Made by a program: the position numbers and the translations under genes
In this document: one piece after another, positions 48,553 to 61,552 of the stretch
Layout: the number at the start of each line of letters is the position of its first letter
How positions within the stretch are numbered: the stretch's first letter is position 1
Source of the DNA: Basidiobolus meristosporus CBS 931.73
Taxonomy: Eukaryota; Fungi; Basidiobolomycota
NCBI GenBank assembly: GCA_002104905.1
Contig: MCFE01000186.1
Span: forward strand, 62,001-126,000
DNA: 64,000 bases
Direction: 5' to 3'
Notes under the pieces: model-generated
Databases searched by the model: none
What the model was told of the DNA's origin: nothing
The model's input: only the letters and a program-made list of their open reading frames with translations

Positions 48553-49730
48553 GGTTTGGCTGAAGAGCTGATCCTGACCATTCTGCCATCGGCTTGGCTG
48601 TCTTTTTAAAGAACAATACCATCCTATAGCCTAGCTGAAATACCAACCGAATAATGTTGAAGCGAGTGATGTGTCTTAATCGATAGGCTCTGGGCGTCCG
48701 GATCATATCAGTAGCTAATAAACATACAATTAATATAAAGGGCTAACGGGGTATGTGGTGGGATCAGAGAGAAGCCAATTCAATCGCATGAATCTCACAA
48801 ACAGATGGACTTTGACTGGTCCGCAAATGGGACAGCAGATTGTAGAGATTGTAATATTGATTGAGGTGTTGATTATGCATTTCCAAGGGCTTCGAGCCAT
48901 TCAAATAAGTCTGCAGGTGCGAGAACACTTGGCCCTATTCAAGGTTCCGCATATACCAACAGCCGCCCCTATGCCCGGTTATTGGCTATGTGTAACAAAA
49001 CGAGACATTTGTTTAAGAGTCTGTTTCTCTGTTGTGCCCGTATGCAAATAGTACTGCACTTTGTCACAACTAGCTTGATCATTGCATAAACCAGGGGAAG
49101 TGACCAGGATTTGATCGGATTTCTGCCTAATAGGCAATCAACTTGAGGTTCCATTATTATTTGGGATGCACTATATTCGGTCTTCTTTACACACAAGAGT
49201 CCATCCCGTCTAGGATACAAAACGAGGCGGGTCTCAAACCACATTGAGATCCCTTAAAACCCAGTTAACCGTCTCATAAATCTGAGTTTTCTTATTAAAC
49301 ATCCCCTGATTCCAGAACATCCCACTATAGATATCAATGATAGCAAACTGGCGTTTTTTGGCTATGTAAAGAGCTATCTCGCATCTTGATGGCAGCTCTT
49401 CATGGGTGATCCTTCACATGTCTCAGCTCTGGTCAACAGGTGTATTTCATTTATTGCGATGAGCTTTCGCTCACGTGAGTGGCTTCGTCGATTGGCTCTC
49501 TTATCGGGATCAGGAATGGACTCAGCTGTTAAAGGAAGTCGACCATTCATTCCTGTATTGTCATTTACTTGTCATTAATCTCCATGGAGTTTCAAGTCAG
49601 CCTTTCTGTGATTGTAGGATACATTTACACCACCACACTACTTGAAATATACCGCATGAAAAAGGATGATCTACACTTTCTTAATTCCTTTACTTATAAA
49701 TTTATTGCAAATTTACAAACTCACTAGATA

Positions 49731-52700
49731 TTAGATGGCCCGGGAATCGTTACGTAAATGGCTTCTGGGCTCAGGAATACTTGCAGGTGCGATGTTGAAA
49801 TCTTCCCGAGCTCCGGCGTTTTCGAAACCGTGATTCATTTGCTCGTGATGTATTTTGTTCTTTAGACTGATGTTCTGCTCTCCGTTATCTGCGTAAAGAC
49901 CGTCCTCAACGTCAGGGAAAGAGCCAGGCATTTTCTGCGTATCGTGTTGCTGAGGTTTGCTCTTCTTGGCACTCCTTAGACTGTTGTCAAGGAAATTCCC
50001 ACTAGGGACCAAAGTAGGCTGACGGGCATCGTTTTCGGCTTCGACATCAGCGATGTGTTGTGCCTCAACACTTGGCATATGATCGTTGTGTAGATTGCCG
50101 GTATTTGGAAGATTTGCTAAGGGATGACTTCCAGTAACATGAGTCCTAAGGCCTTCTTGTGAGAGACCGTCATTACCGGGTGTGTAGTTTGAGCTGAAGG
50201 GATTGTTAGATCCGCTGGATGATTGATGAGTACTTTGAGGAACAATAAATGCGGAAGCTTCGTGACTTGGGTGGTCGGGAAGTTCATATGTGAATGAATC
50301 CCTGGCAATTGCATCATTGGAGAAATCGGAATCATTACTCTGAAGTGCTCTGGGCTTTTCATCCAAGTTACTGAACTTGTCGTGGGTTAAAGGGTTCGCA
50401 GTTCGTTGGCTGCCTTCAAATAAAGGTACTGCGCCAACAGTCGAGAGCTGCTCTCCACTGTGTGGAGCATCAACACCAGATATGAATTGGTTGTCCTTCA
50501 ATGGTGTGTTATCAGGCGTACCGTGAATTTCTTCCATTAAGGGTGCCGCACCAACCGCTGTGTACTCATTGCTTCGTGGTGTGTTATCAGTCTCACCTTG
50601 AAGACCACTCAGAAATAATGGCGTTGCGCCAACTGTGGAGGTCATATTTCCGCTGGGTGGAATTTGACTATTAGCGGAGAATTGGCTCCCGTTAGGTGAT
50701 GTGCTATCAGCCATGTCCCGAATACCGCCCATATGTAGAGGTGTCACATCGGCATCTGTGCTGTCATTTCGTGGTACACCAGCAAAAGTGTTTGCATTTT
50801 GTGTGTTACCTTCGAATACAGGTGTTTCACCGAAAGTAAGGGATTGATTTTCACCGCTTGGTTCACCTGATACTTGCCCCGGAGCAACACCAAACAATGG
50901 TACCGCGCCAGTAGCAAGCTGGTGCTTGTCATTTCGAGGTAAATCACCAGATACACCTTGAAGGCCATCCTCAGATGCTGGTACTATATCATCATTATGG
51001 TACCGGCTTTCACTGAATGGATCATGGTTAATACCTGTGACTTGATTGCCACCGAATTGTGTAATATCTGGTGTATCCCTAATGCCGCCAGTATGTAAAG
51101 GTGCCGCACCAATTGCTGAGTATTGATTGTCATTTCGTGACAGGTCATCAGCCACACCGCGAAGGCCATCTTCGGATGCTGGTTCTGTACCATCCGTATG
51201 GTACTGACTCCCACCGAGTGGAGCATTGCTAACACCTGAGGCTTGGCTACCACTAAATTGTGTGTTCTCTGGTATACCCCTAATGCCGTCAGCATACAAA
51301 GGTACTGCACCAATGGCTGAGTGTTGATTGTCATTTCTTGGTAAATCACCAGCCACACCACGAAGGCCATCTTCAGACGCTGGTACAACATCATCATTAT
51401 GGTACCGGCTTCCACTGAATGGGTCATTGTTAATACCTGAGGCTTGATGACCGCCAAGCTGTGTATTGTCTGGTGTACTCCTAATGTCACCAATAGTTGT
51501 ATTCTGATTGGCATTTTTTGGTGCACCATCGTGAGTATTTCTGAGGCCGCCTTCGAACGGAGGCGCAATACCAACAGCTACGTGCCTATTGCCAGCTACA
51601 TTATGCAGACCACCCTCATACATAGGTGCCACACCTACAAATCGCTGATTGCCAACTGCCTGGTCAGCAAAGTTTTCATCGGCCGGAGCGGGGCCAACAG
51701 GATTTGCATCACGGCCAAGTTGCGAATCACCAGGCAACTCTTGATCCAGTCTTCCTGACCCTTCAAGAGAATTCAGGCCTGCATAGGCGCCTGGAACAGC
51801 GTTGAAGCTGGTGGTGTGCTGATTTGAGGGTTCAGTTGATTGTGGGAAATTTGCAGATTCCACCGGTGCGTTTTTGTCACGATGTTGGTGATTTAGTGCA
51901 TTTATGCCTTCGCCTAACACAACGCCGGTAGCAATGCCCGCACCAGACTTCAATCCACGGTTTGCTTGATCGGGATTGCGAAGAGTATCGGCATTGTTAG
52001 CGTTTAGCGATTGCGGTTCAGTTCTGGCATTCGGTTGTTGATGTTGCTGAATAGTAGACTCATATGACCCACCAGTAACTGTTTCAGGCGCAGCTCTGGT
52101 CGGCATATTATTACCGTACTGTGCATTTTCCGAAGTCTCGCGGGCTATGCTCTCCGAAGGATTCGCGGTACTTGGGCTTTGGCTATCGTTGAAGGTCACA
52201 TGGTTTTGAGAAGAATCGATGGGCCCATCTCCCACATGTTGATGAAGGTTTCGGCGTAGCTTTTGGCTCAATGTAGAGCCAGTTGAGGATGCCGATTCCG
52301 TACGCTCCAATGGACCAGGGCGGGGGGTGGATTCACCATCATTTTCGGCTGCTGGCACGGTGGAGGGCAGATGCTTTGTGGGCACATGATGCTCATTGGG
52401 ATCGATGGCATTGTTGTTAGATGTGGTGCTGGGGACGCTTGAGGTAGTTTGAGGCTGGTTGTAGGAATTAGGCCTATTCTCCAAATCATCACCGCGGATA
52501 TTCCTTGCAGGACTATCATTGCTATCTAGATTCCTCCCTAGATTGGCCGCAGTATCTGGAGTACCTTTATAGCTTTCTTGCATTGGAGCCCTAGATGGCT
52601 CTTCGTTAAGATCGGGTCTTGGCTCAGGTACAGGTACTCTATCAATGTCGGAGCCGTTCCTACGTGCTGATTGAATTGAATCAGTATTTCGAAGGTCTGG

Positions 52701-52919
52701 TTTAGCAGAGTTATCTAGGCTCCCTTCGCCTCTTGAGTGGTGTGGATTCCTGTCTTGGACATCGTGGCTAGTGTGGCTCAAAGTATCATTGGTATCATTT
52801 TGGTCGGTAGCAGCGCCGGTGTACTGCTTTATGGTCTCCTTCAATGCGGTGAGATGTGGATGCTTATACTCCTCACTACTGATGGAGGTCACTTTGCTGC
52901 TTTTGATATTATTGGACAT
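49731..52919 (-). CDS. 1062-aa low-complexity, likely disordered protein with internal repeats; function unknown
   Basis: 3.2-kb uninterrupted ORF rich in S/N/G/D/P/Q; TATATAAA on the minus strand at 53009-53016. Confidence 0.9.
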   Translation of the reverse strand: MSNNIKSSKVTSISSEEYKHPHLTALKETIKQYTGAATDQNDTNDTLSHTSHDVQDRNPHHSRGEGSLDNSAKPDLRNTDSIQSARRNGSDIDRVPVPEPRPDLNEEPSRAPMQESYKGTPDTAANLGRNLDSNDSPARNIRGDDLENRPNSYNQPQTTSSVPSTTSNNNAIDPNEHHVPTKHLPSTVPAAENDGESTPRPGPLERTESASSTGSTLSQKLRRNLHQHVGDGPIDSSQNHVTFNDSQSPSTANPSESIARETSENAQYGNNMPTRAAPETVTGGSYESTIQQHQQPNARTEPQSLNANNADTLRNPDQANRGLKSGAGIATGVVLGEGINALNHQHRDKNAPVESANFPQSTEPSNQHTTSFNAVPGAYAGLNSLEGSGRLDQELPGDSQLGRDANPVGPAPADENFADQAVGNQRFVGVAPMYEGGLHNVAGNRHVAVGIAPPFEGGLRNTHDGAPKNANQNTTIGDIRSTPDNTQLGGHQASGINNDPFSGSRYHNDDVVPASEDGLRGVAGDLPRNDNQHSAIGAVPLYADGIRGIPENTQFSGSQASGVSNAPLGGSQYHTDGTEPASEDGLRGVADDLSRNDNQYSAIGAAPLHTGGIRDTPDITQFGGNQVTGINHDPFSESRYHNDDIVPASEDGLQGVSGDLPRNDKHQLATGAVPLFGVAPGQVSGEPSGENQSLTFGETPVFEGNTQNANTFAGVPRNDSTDADVTPLHMGGIRDMADSTSPNGSQFSANSQIPPSGNMTSTVGATPLFLSGLQGETDNTPRSNEYTAVGAAPLMEEIHGTPDNTPLKDNQFISGVDAPHSGEQLSTVGAVPLFEGSQRTANPLTHDKFSNLDEKPRALQSNDSDFSNDAIARDSFTYELPDHPSHEASAFIVPQSTHQSSSGSNNPFSSNYTPGNDGLSQEGLRTHVTGSHPLANLPNTGNLHNDHMPSVEAQHIADVEAENDARQPTLVPSGNFLDNSLRSAKKSKPQQHDTQKMPGSFPDVEDGLYADNGEQNISLKNKIHHEQMNHGFENAGAREDFNIAPASIPEPRSHLRNDSRAI
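50885..51467 (-). repeat. Three tandem 201-bp (67-aa) coding repeats
   Basis: Units start at 51467, 51266 and 51065; shared core PASEDGL.GV..DL.RND. Confidence 0.92.
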
Positions 52920-54339
52920 CTTTCACAGTAATAAACAGGGCGAGATACCAGAAAGTCAGTGCTAAATATACAACGTTATTGATGAAGTTGCCGGGTGTAA
53001 GTATGCTGTTTATATAGAGCTATCGGAGAATCCATCCTACCGAAACCCAACTTCTATGAGCTGGCATGGAATTAGTATTGGGATTTTTGGGCCATCTGTT
53101 GCGTGCATGTAGTAATGAAACATTAGCGGTCTACTCGTCACCAGGCCTATATGCGGAATTTTAGCGACATCTCAGCTAGGCATTCCCTCATCGTGACGTT
53201 TTCGGAACTCAGCAGTAATCTGTAAGCAGGCCATTTGTTTATTTTCAGACACATTCACGTAACTCAATTGAACCTGTAGAGTCACATGAATTAATTTATT
53301 CTGACATGGCTGATCGATTTCATAATGCCTATGTGAGAGATGCCTTATTTTGTCCTGAGGATGACATACTCCGATGTCCAGTCACCCCAAGCACCTGGAT
53401 GGCCCTTCGTGGCAATCTCCCTGGAGCACTTTTAAGCATCCCACCTCCGCTTAGTTTAGAATAGCTGATTAATGTAGACGAATCATAGGGCAGTCTTGAT
53501 CCGTGCCGGAGCGTTTGCATGATGAATCAACTGGTTGTCAAGGCAAATTCCTAGGCTATCGCCAAATGTACAGTATAAAGGGTCATGTGATCCAAGATGG
53601 ATTGGATTGGTGCCAAATTGGCAACGTAATGGCTATACGGATCGTGGAAACTCCAACAGCGAAGAGATAGATGTATCATCGCTATGATTGAAATTGTCTT
53701 GGACTAGTTGTATCGTTACACGCACCGCCTCCACGATCAACTACGATTGATTTTAAAGAATGACCTCAGCTTGATGGATTAGTGCTAAATCACATGATAT
53801 TTATACCATGTTCACTTTCATTACAGATGCAACATTCTGAGATATTGGCCCAAGTGGAGAACATCCGGTTTGAAGCACAGGGTTCACCCCAGCCTGGCTG
53901 ATGCTTGTTGGATTTTGTGGTGATTCACTCTGCTGTAAGCCTCAAATGTTGGAGCTCAGTATTCCTTGGCCCAACAAACTCGGCGCATACAATCGAGAAT
54001 TGGAACTCGATACCACCCCCTTTTAAGCTATTTCTCTTCAGTCGCAAGGATAACAATTACTTTCCAAACCCGAAGCATACATGCTTAATGAATTTCTTCC
54101 TATTGTAAGTCCAACAAATAGTTCGAAGCCTTCATAGCTCCAGCCATATCAACGTGTGCTCACTTACCAACATTCGATGTCAATTACTAACGATAGGAAG
54201 CATTGGGTCTAACCACTCCTGTGTTGCGGTAACACTTTTTGAAGGCTATCCTGCCATATATAATTGGTGAAAATGGCGATAGGAGTATTTATAAGGGGTG
54301 GTTTTTACTTTGTGATTAACCGAGTGTACCATCAGAAAA

Positions 54340-55640
54340 AGATAAACAAAAGGCCAGCAGAATACCATTATAATATCAGCTAAATTCCAAGGTTCTCTAA
54401 ACTTACAACTCTCAGTATCTCAGGTTCTAGCTATTTGGCAGACAAGCAGACATATATTCTAGGAGGCTAGGCCAAATAGCATTTATACCAAATTTGGTAA
54501 TAAGCTAACTTCTACTCCCACTAAGAATTGCAACTAAAAACTTGAAAGAAGAACACCCTCTGAATGCCAGCAAAATACCGTTAGAATACCATTAGAATAC
54601 CTGCAGATTATCAGATGAATTCCAAGTTTGGGATTTTTCATAGGGATTGAATAGCATGTTTAATCATTTAAGGGAACTTTGTAACTAGCACAATTGGTCT
54701 ACAATGGTGCCAGGAAGCTTCCTACAATGTTCGAAGTTTTTGGAAAGAAAGTGTGGAATACTATACAAGCTAATTCTAAAGAAATAAGCATGAATTTTTG
54801 GCTCAGCACAATGTTTGTACCTGTAAATTATCAGTATAATAACTAGTTGCTGGCCGCACATTTTGTAATCTATAATAATTCCTAGAAAGCTTACAAAACC
54901 CTTAGGAGGGGCAAATTTCTGGATGCAAGCACTTGATCTTTTAGCTACACCTAAATATCAACCTAACTTAGTCACTTAGATTATTACTACAAATCTAGAG
55001 AGTTCTGGCCAAATTCCTTATTGGTACTTGGAATATTTTCACCAAAACATTGGATACCCGGAACATATATATCTCAAAGCTGTCCAAGCTGCCTCAAGCT
55101 CTGTGCACATGCTTTTGGGATCTTTCTAAGCATATTCTATGTCTATATTTTGCCAGGCCATGTAAAAGTACATATACTACTTTAACATTCAATAAATCAT
55201 TAAGTGAAAACCCCATAATTTCCCTGTTCTCTCATTCACTTCCAATATCTCCAAAGCTCTTACAACCTATATTTGTATTACAGTATCATGTACACACTTC
55301 CCTATCAGCAATTTCAGAATTGAACTTTGCTTGTATTTTCCAATACCATTCAGTCACTTAAATAATCTTGTGATGATTTTCCACCATATTTATAGCCATA
55401 AATTTTGCTATGCAGTATTGTACATGATTATGAGCCCTGACCCTAATTTATAAATAGTTATAGACTTAACTCAGGTTGAATTTCTGCTGAGCTTTGCATG
55501 AAATTTGATACAGTCATTAGTAGCTTATGATAGCAATATATATGCCCTAAGAGAAAGAATTAACAAAAGGCCAGCAGAACTATGTCATACTATCAGCTGA
55601 ATTCCAAGTTTTGCAAAATTGACAATTGACGAGTTTTTTG
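54340..55640 (+). repeat. AT-rich, CpG-poor decayed repeat island containing two copies of the 18.2-kb repeat
   Basis: aacaaaaggccagcagaa...aattccaag at ~54345 and ~55561; local drop in CpG. Confidence 0.7.
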
Positions 55641-58600
55641 ATAGGTATTTAAATAGCTGAAGCAAACATTATTAGGCCTTGGCATAGAGGAATACAAAAG
55701 ATGTGACTGGTACTGTCGGAAGAGATGCAAGACAATACAATACAATGTTCATCAATTAATCCACTTCCTCCATGATATCAACCCGCTACAGCCCTAAAAT
55801 GATTCTTTGAAGCTTTGCAAGTAGAAGGGCAGATAATTTTGCATAATGCACTTACTGCTCACAATACCTTTGGCTACTATATTAGGCAAAAGTGCATTAC
55901 CATAATGAATGCATATGATGCTTAACTTAGAGCCTTATATACAATATTCAAGATTGTAAGTGATATGGAATAAAATAACTTAGGGCCTCCAGGATTGCGC
56001 TGAGCGGGTGTAGTTTCCATATCTTGAAAATTTAGCAATTCATTCATGGAAGAATCCGCAAGAATCTTAGCAGTAAAAAGATCCAGAATTGGTTAGTCGT
56101 GGTGCGCATGTCTATCCTAACCTAATGTGGATATTCACATATGTTACATCAATATACAACCCATAGACAAAGCCAAGTCTCTTCTCCATGTGCATGCAAA
56201 ATTTGTAATCACTTGGACAGAACCGAGAATGCACAGTGGTTGTGCGCTTATTTCAGAACAACCTCAGAAACTTCTAATCACCTTGCATATCCAAAAAGTA
56301 AGAGCAAGATGTCCAGTTAATATGGACCCTTCGGGTCGATTAGGTCAAATCTATATGAATCCATATGGTAGGCTAAGATCAATACACCGCTTGTTTGAAA
56401 TGAAAAGCACGCTTATGCATTCCGCTGTGGAATGGTGTACGCAAATGAAGCTAATCAAATGGTGATAACCAAAGATTCTAAGGACTGAGCTTGGCGTAAT
56501 TTGGAAATGGCGTAAGCAGTACTTGGCAACCTGGTAATACCCACATCTCGTAGGCCGTGCTGTACACTGCATATGTGACCAAACACAAACCCAGCTGACA
56601 GACTGAAAACGAAGTCATGACAGGTATAAGTGGTTTCGGAGACTGCAGCCAGCATCCAAGTGCATGCGAATCATCAGGAGAATATTACAATGCTGCAAAC
56701 TACAAAGTTGAGTCTCACCAGAACCAATTTCGCATGCTGACATAAGATCTTGGTGGAAGACTGGCCAGCCTTGGATTCTCTAGTATCTGGAAGATACTGC
56801 TCAATACCTAAAAGTATTACCGTACGTGTGTTCCACGATAAGACTAACTATGGAATCGTGAACCACGACCACTTTGGCACTAATTATTTGTAACCCAAGT
56901 GAGTGCACAAGGAAATATTTCCGTATCGCTCCATAAGACCAAGATACCTTCTTTGTCAGCCCACACACCTGACCCAAAAATAGCGATTCCACACGAAATG
57001 ATCTATATCAATCTGGAACTGTATACTCAATCCACGTTAAGGCAGAAAACCTAAAGCAATATCCTAAGCCACTCAATTCAGCGCAACCATCCCATGTCCC
57101 TATTTCAGCTTTCGAAGACTTTCCGAATCGACCTCCTCTTCCGGACTCTCCTGTCAGGTGGCGGCCGGGTGGCATCCCTTTGTTTCTTTCCACTGGCGTC
57201 GATTTCATTTGTCAGCGACCCTTCAGTTCTACTGACGGATGAAATGACGCTACCAATCTATAGGCGCATTCACGAACGAGAAGGTGGCTGCTCACTTGAC
57301 TTAATCCCACACCACAAACAATAGTCCAGGTGCCCTTGGACATGCACAAAGTGTCAATGGACGTCGTACCCGCTTGGTGATGCTTGATACAACTATTTGA
57401 GTACTATGCCTCACATACTTTGGGCTAAGGTTGCGAATGAAATGGTGCAGATGATATTCGCCTCGAAAGATCTCAACGTTCTGCGTGTATACAATACCCT
57501 TAGGATCGCAGCAGGAACAAACAGATACCCTCACTGTGACTCAACAACTCTATGAGAGTAATCCACTGTAGCCGTATTCAGGCTGGCAATATCTCCGTTG
57601 TGGCCGGTTGACATTCTATCAGCGATTGACTTCATCTCATGAATTAGCGGTCGTGGAGCCCTCGTTAAGCTCACCAGAAGGCGGGAAACAACACTCATAG
57701 CGGCATAGCAACACGCGGAAGCATATTTGAAATGGCTCTGATCGGATAAGGCATTTTGTACGTGTATCACATCGGCACACGCTTGACATGCAAAAAATGA
57801 AAACACCAGGTGTAGCATTTTGCCATGGGATGAACCAGCATCGAGAGATTGGGAACCTGGAGTCCGTACTCTCATAGAAGATTCCCAAATGGTGAATGAA
57901 CATACGTGAGATTTCAAGGGTTACCAATGTCGCAGTATTACAATATAACTAGTGGAACTAGAATCATTGGAGCTACTCATTTTCCTAGGATACATCCCAG
58001 TGACTCCGATTTAATCTCCGAGAGCGATCATAACTAAAAGAGGGATGTCATTCTGGGCAACGTATCGTCAACTGCGCTGGCGGTGCAAGCCAATCATGGC
58101 GGGCCTCACTCCCTCGACGTGAGTGGATGGATTCTGTAGCACGTTGTCATACATTAAAGTAGGCATCCTCATTGGGGAATCCCTTCACACCTCGCGGCCG
58201 CTCTGTAATTTGTCTGGGAGCAGCGTTTGGGATCTAGACCTAGAGGAGTGGTGACCACTGGCCAGAATGCAGCCAAGGAATTGCTTGACGCGAGCCTGGT
58301 GAACGAAGCGTACGCTGAATCGGAGTAATCTGCGGAGAGCCTTGGGGCTCCCTTGGTGGCCTACAATAGAAGTATCCGGTATGGCTGTCAAATAGGATAT
58401 AGTAGGCAATGCTGGGCTAGATGCTGCTGAGATTACCATTATAGTAATGGCAATCCTCACATTCGATAATATTCGGTACCATCGGGTGGATCTTCAGCAC
58501 CATTCATATTACCGGTTCCAAACTTTCCCAAGAAGATGAGTCAACTCAGGCAGCCTTCGAATCGGCGCGGCTATAGATTACGATGTAGTCTGTATGGCTG

Positions 58601-59839
58601 CGAGATGTGGTGCGCTATCTGTTCAGCATCAGATGATTAGTCTCCAGGTAATCATGATTTCATGTCATGTGGGAAACGTATCCTAGAAGTGGACGTCCAT
58701 TGTGATTATCAGCGAAGGGATCCCGTCTGCAGTTGGCAAGCAATCAACCAGTACAAAGCCGTGCCAAGCAAGTGATGGCTGGATCGAAGATCACGGATAT
58801 CATCTGCGAATTTCCAAACTTCGAAGCTTAACCCCAAGCCATTGTGCATCGGTGCGCTGGCGCCAGGCATGCATTCTGATGAGCGGTACATGGCGGAGTG
58901 CTCTAGAGTTTGCCTTCGTTTCTGCTGAATATTGATGAGCAGTGGCACAGTACCACCCTTATGTTTGGCTGTGAAGATTCGGCGGATCTAGTGGGTCAGC
59001 GAATTTATCTCTGCGCTCTCATCCCCCTGAGAATGGAGCGGTACCACAGAACTCAATTAGCAAAACACGAACCCACCACATAGCATCACCGGAATTCACA
59101 CCTCAACTGAGGTCATGGTTTGGCACCCCATTCTGCAATCTCTGTCGGCTGCGTGGTCGGCCTGCAACCGCCACTCATTAATAGAATAGAGTTGTATAGC
59201 TTCTCCAGCGGAGATCTATATTTGGACATCTCTTGGAGATAAAGCGTGGTCACATTCGATATGGTGATCCTGATCAGGTCGGATGGAATCCTACCCAGCC
59301 CATGTCGGACACGGTCGAAAACCGTCTTGGCTGCCAGGTATTTCTGGTTCGCGGCTATATTGGGCGAAATTACCCTGGAGTCCAATGTAACATCCCACAA
59401 TGAATCAGGAATTGGCCGACGTCTTCATGGCCACAGCTACCCAACTGAGCGATCAATTTGGGATTTCGAGAGCAGTCTTGTGCCAAATGAGAAGGTGCTG
59501 GAGCTCTGATCCGCTCAGTTACTTTTTGTGGTGATTCTTGAATGCTTTATCCCACACAACAACACTCCACCGTTGCGAGCCAATGGGATCCAGCGAATGT
59601 TATTCCCTTTCTCTCCCTCCTCCAGCAGCTCACGGACCCCTCAGCCAGACAATTTACTTTAAATGGCGTGGGCCGCGTTCTGAAGTCCTCAGATAAATCG
59701 CCCCTCCAGTACAACACATCTTGAAATATTTTCCTTGGAGCGTGAACACATCGTTTTATCCGCGCTTTGAATATTAGCGAGTACTCCATACACATCACCA
59801 CCAAGTCATTCTATCTCCACCCACATATAGATATACAAC

Positions 59840-61552
59840 ATGGAGTTCGGCCTTTCCGCTTCGTCGAATCAAACTTTCATCACGAGCTTGCCTATTTTCG
59901 AAACTTTCCACCAGTCACCAAACGGCGACTTCAGAACCTCTTTCTACAACCCCTTTGAGGTGAAACACAGGAAACGAACCACCAAGGGACAGTTCAAAAT
60001 CCTTGAGAAGGCGTTTTATGGGAATCCCAAGCCCAACAATGCAGCCAGGCGTACGTTGGCTCAGGAGCTGGGCATGACTCCTAGGGGAGTTCAGGTTTGG
60101 TTCCAAAATCGACGTGCCAAGGCCAAGAATTTGAAGAACCAAGAGAAAAGCCAGGACGATGTGTTCTCCGGAGAGACGGAGAACGAATTCGGCTTCGGGG
60201 ATGACAACTCCAGCTCGGATTCCGAGGGCAAATCACAGACTTGTGAGGATGAGGTGCCTCAAGTATCCACCACTGCCGTCGATCCGCCCACTACTAGTAC
60301 GCCACAGACCATAAGCAAGGAAACGACCAAAAAGACGAAAAAGCGCCACCATGATTCCAGCGAAAGCTCCCCTAAAAAGCCTAACCTAGGCCAAACAGCT
60401 CCAAGCAATCCACAATGCTACGCACAGCGCCAGAGTAATGCTGCCCAGCGATCATCGCGAAGGGATGGACTCGATGCTCAGTCACAACGCAAAAGACCGT
60501 TGGAATCCCAGGTTGAGTACTACCAAGCCAAACACCCCATCGGCGTGCCCAGCCCTGTCGATAGCTACGTTGAGTTCAGTGACCAGGGACACTCCATGCC
60601 GGGGTCCAAGTCTCACTGGGAGCCTTTTGGCTCCATGTCGCCCGCTGAGAACAACTTCCCCCCAGATCTCCTCAGCCCGATGTCTAGCTATGTATCCAAT
60701 GTTGTATCGGCCCCAATGTCGGTTTCCTCACTTCCAGATCACCTCCACGATTATGTCTCCACATATAGCTCGTCTGCGAACTCGTTTGCCGATGACCTCA
60801 GTAACCATAGCGATGTAGGAGGCCATCCGATGAATTTGCCCCCATCGGTCAACTTTGCAGTCAATACGAGGCGAAACTCCTGTCCCCCGGAATTCGTTGC
60901 CTCCTATGGTAGCATGGGCTTCGACCCCACCCAGAAACTGCAACTAGACACCATTGCCGAAAATATGCACTTCTTCAGTGAACCCGCCCACTTGGCCAAT
61001 CATCCACAAACCCCACCTTGCTTTGATACACAACAGCCGTCATCAGATGCTTCTTATTTCGTGATGCATGATTCGCTGGAGCCTTCATTCTCAAAGCCAG
61101 TCTACTTCCAGCTTTCTCATTCCGCTTCGTATGGTAATTTTGCAACGCATATGGGTGATGATGGCAAGCATCGAATGCGACGATTATCCGAGCCTCGAAT
61201 TGGCAAAGGCTACAATCTCGTGTCACTTTCCAATGAGGAGATTCTATTAAGCCACCAAGGTGTCCATCATCAACATCAACCACTCCTGTCCACCAATTCA
61301 GTTCCGCAATACGAGCCCGTAGGGCCTAGCACCTACATGCGAGGTCACAATATGATTCCAACTAATTGGGATATCCCAGAGAAAATTTCCAATAGCCTAC
61401 CCACCTCATATGCGATGGGTGTAGCCCACATAGCTCAACCAGGGATCCCTCTGGATGGGTCGATGTCTGCAGTGGGGGTTAGTACCACCGTGCCTTATAT
61501 GGACGACCTGAGCTACTCCGTCTATTCCGCTGGGGGTGCTTTCTCTCCTTAG
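59840..61552 (+). CDS. Homeodomain transcription factor (570 aa)
   Basis: KHRKRTT..Q..LE..F..NPKP....R..LA..LGMTPRGVQVWFQNRRAK (Q50) followed by a long S/P-rich tail. Confidence 0.95.
   Translation: MEFGLSASSNQTFITSLPIFETFHQSPNGDFRTSFYNPFEVKHRKRTTKGQFKILEKAFYGNPKPNNAARRTLAQELGMTPRGVQVWFQNRRAKAKNLKNQEKSQDDVFSGETENEFGFGDDNSSSDSEGKSQTCEDEVPQVSTTAVDPPTTSTPQTISKETTKKTKKRHHDSSESSPKKPNLGQTAPSNPQCYAQRQSNAAQRSSRRDGLDAQSQRKRPLESQVEYYQAKHPIGVPSPVDSYVEFSDQGHSMPGSKSHWEPFGSMSPAENNFPPDLLSPMSSYVSNVVSAPMSVSSLPDHLHDYVSTYSSSANSFADDLSNHSDVGGHPMNLPPSVNFAVNTRRNSCPPEFVASYGSMGFDPTQKLQLDTIAENMHFFSEPAHLANHPQTPPCFDTQQPSSDASYFVMHDSLEPSFSKPVYFQLSHSASYGNFATHMGDDGKHRMRRLSEPRIGKGYNLVSLSNEEILLSHQGVHHQHQPLLSTNSVPQYEPVGPSTYMRGHNMIPTNWDIPEKISNSLPTSYAMGVAHIAQPGIPLDGSMSAVGVSTTVPYMDDLSYSVYSAGGAFSP

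Noticed and set aside
59113-59400. 95-aa minus-strand ORF upstream of the homeobox gene
   Set aside because: Non-ATG track start and no recognisable family; cannot be supported without expression data.
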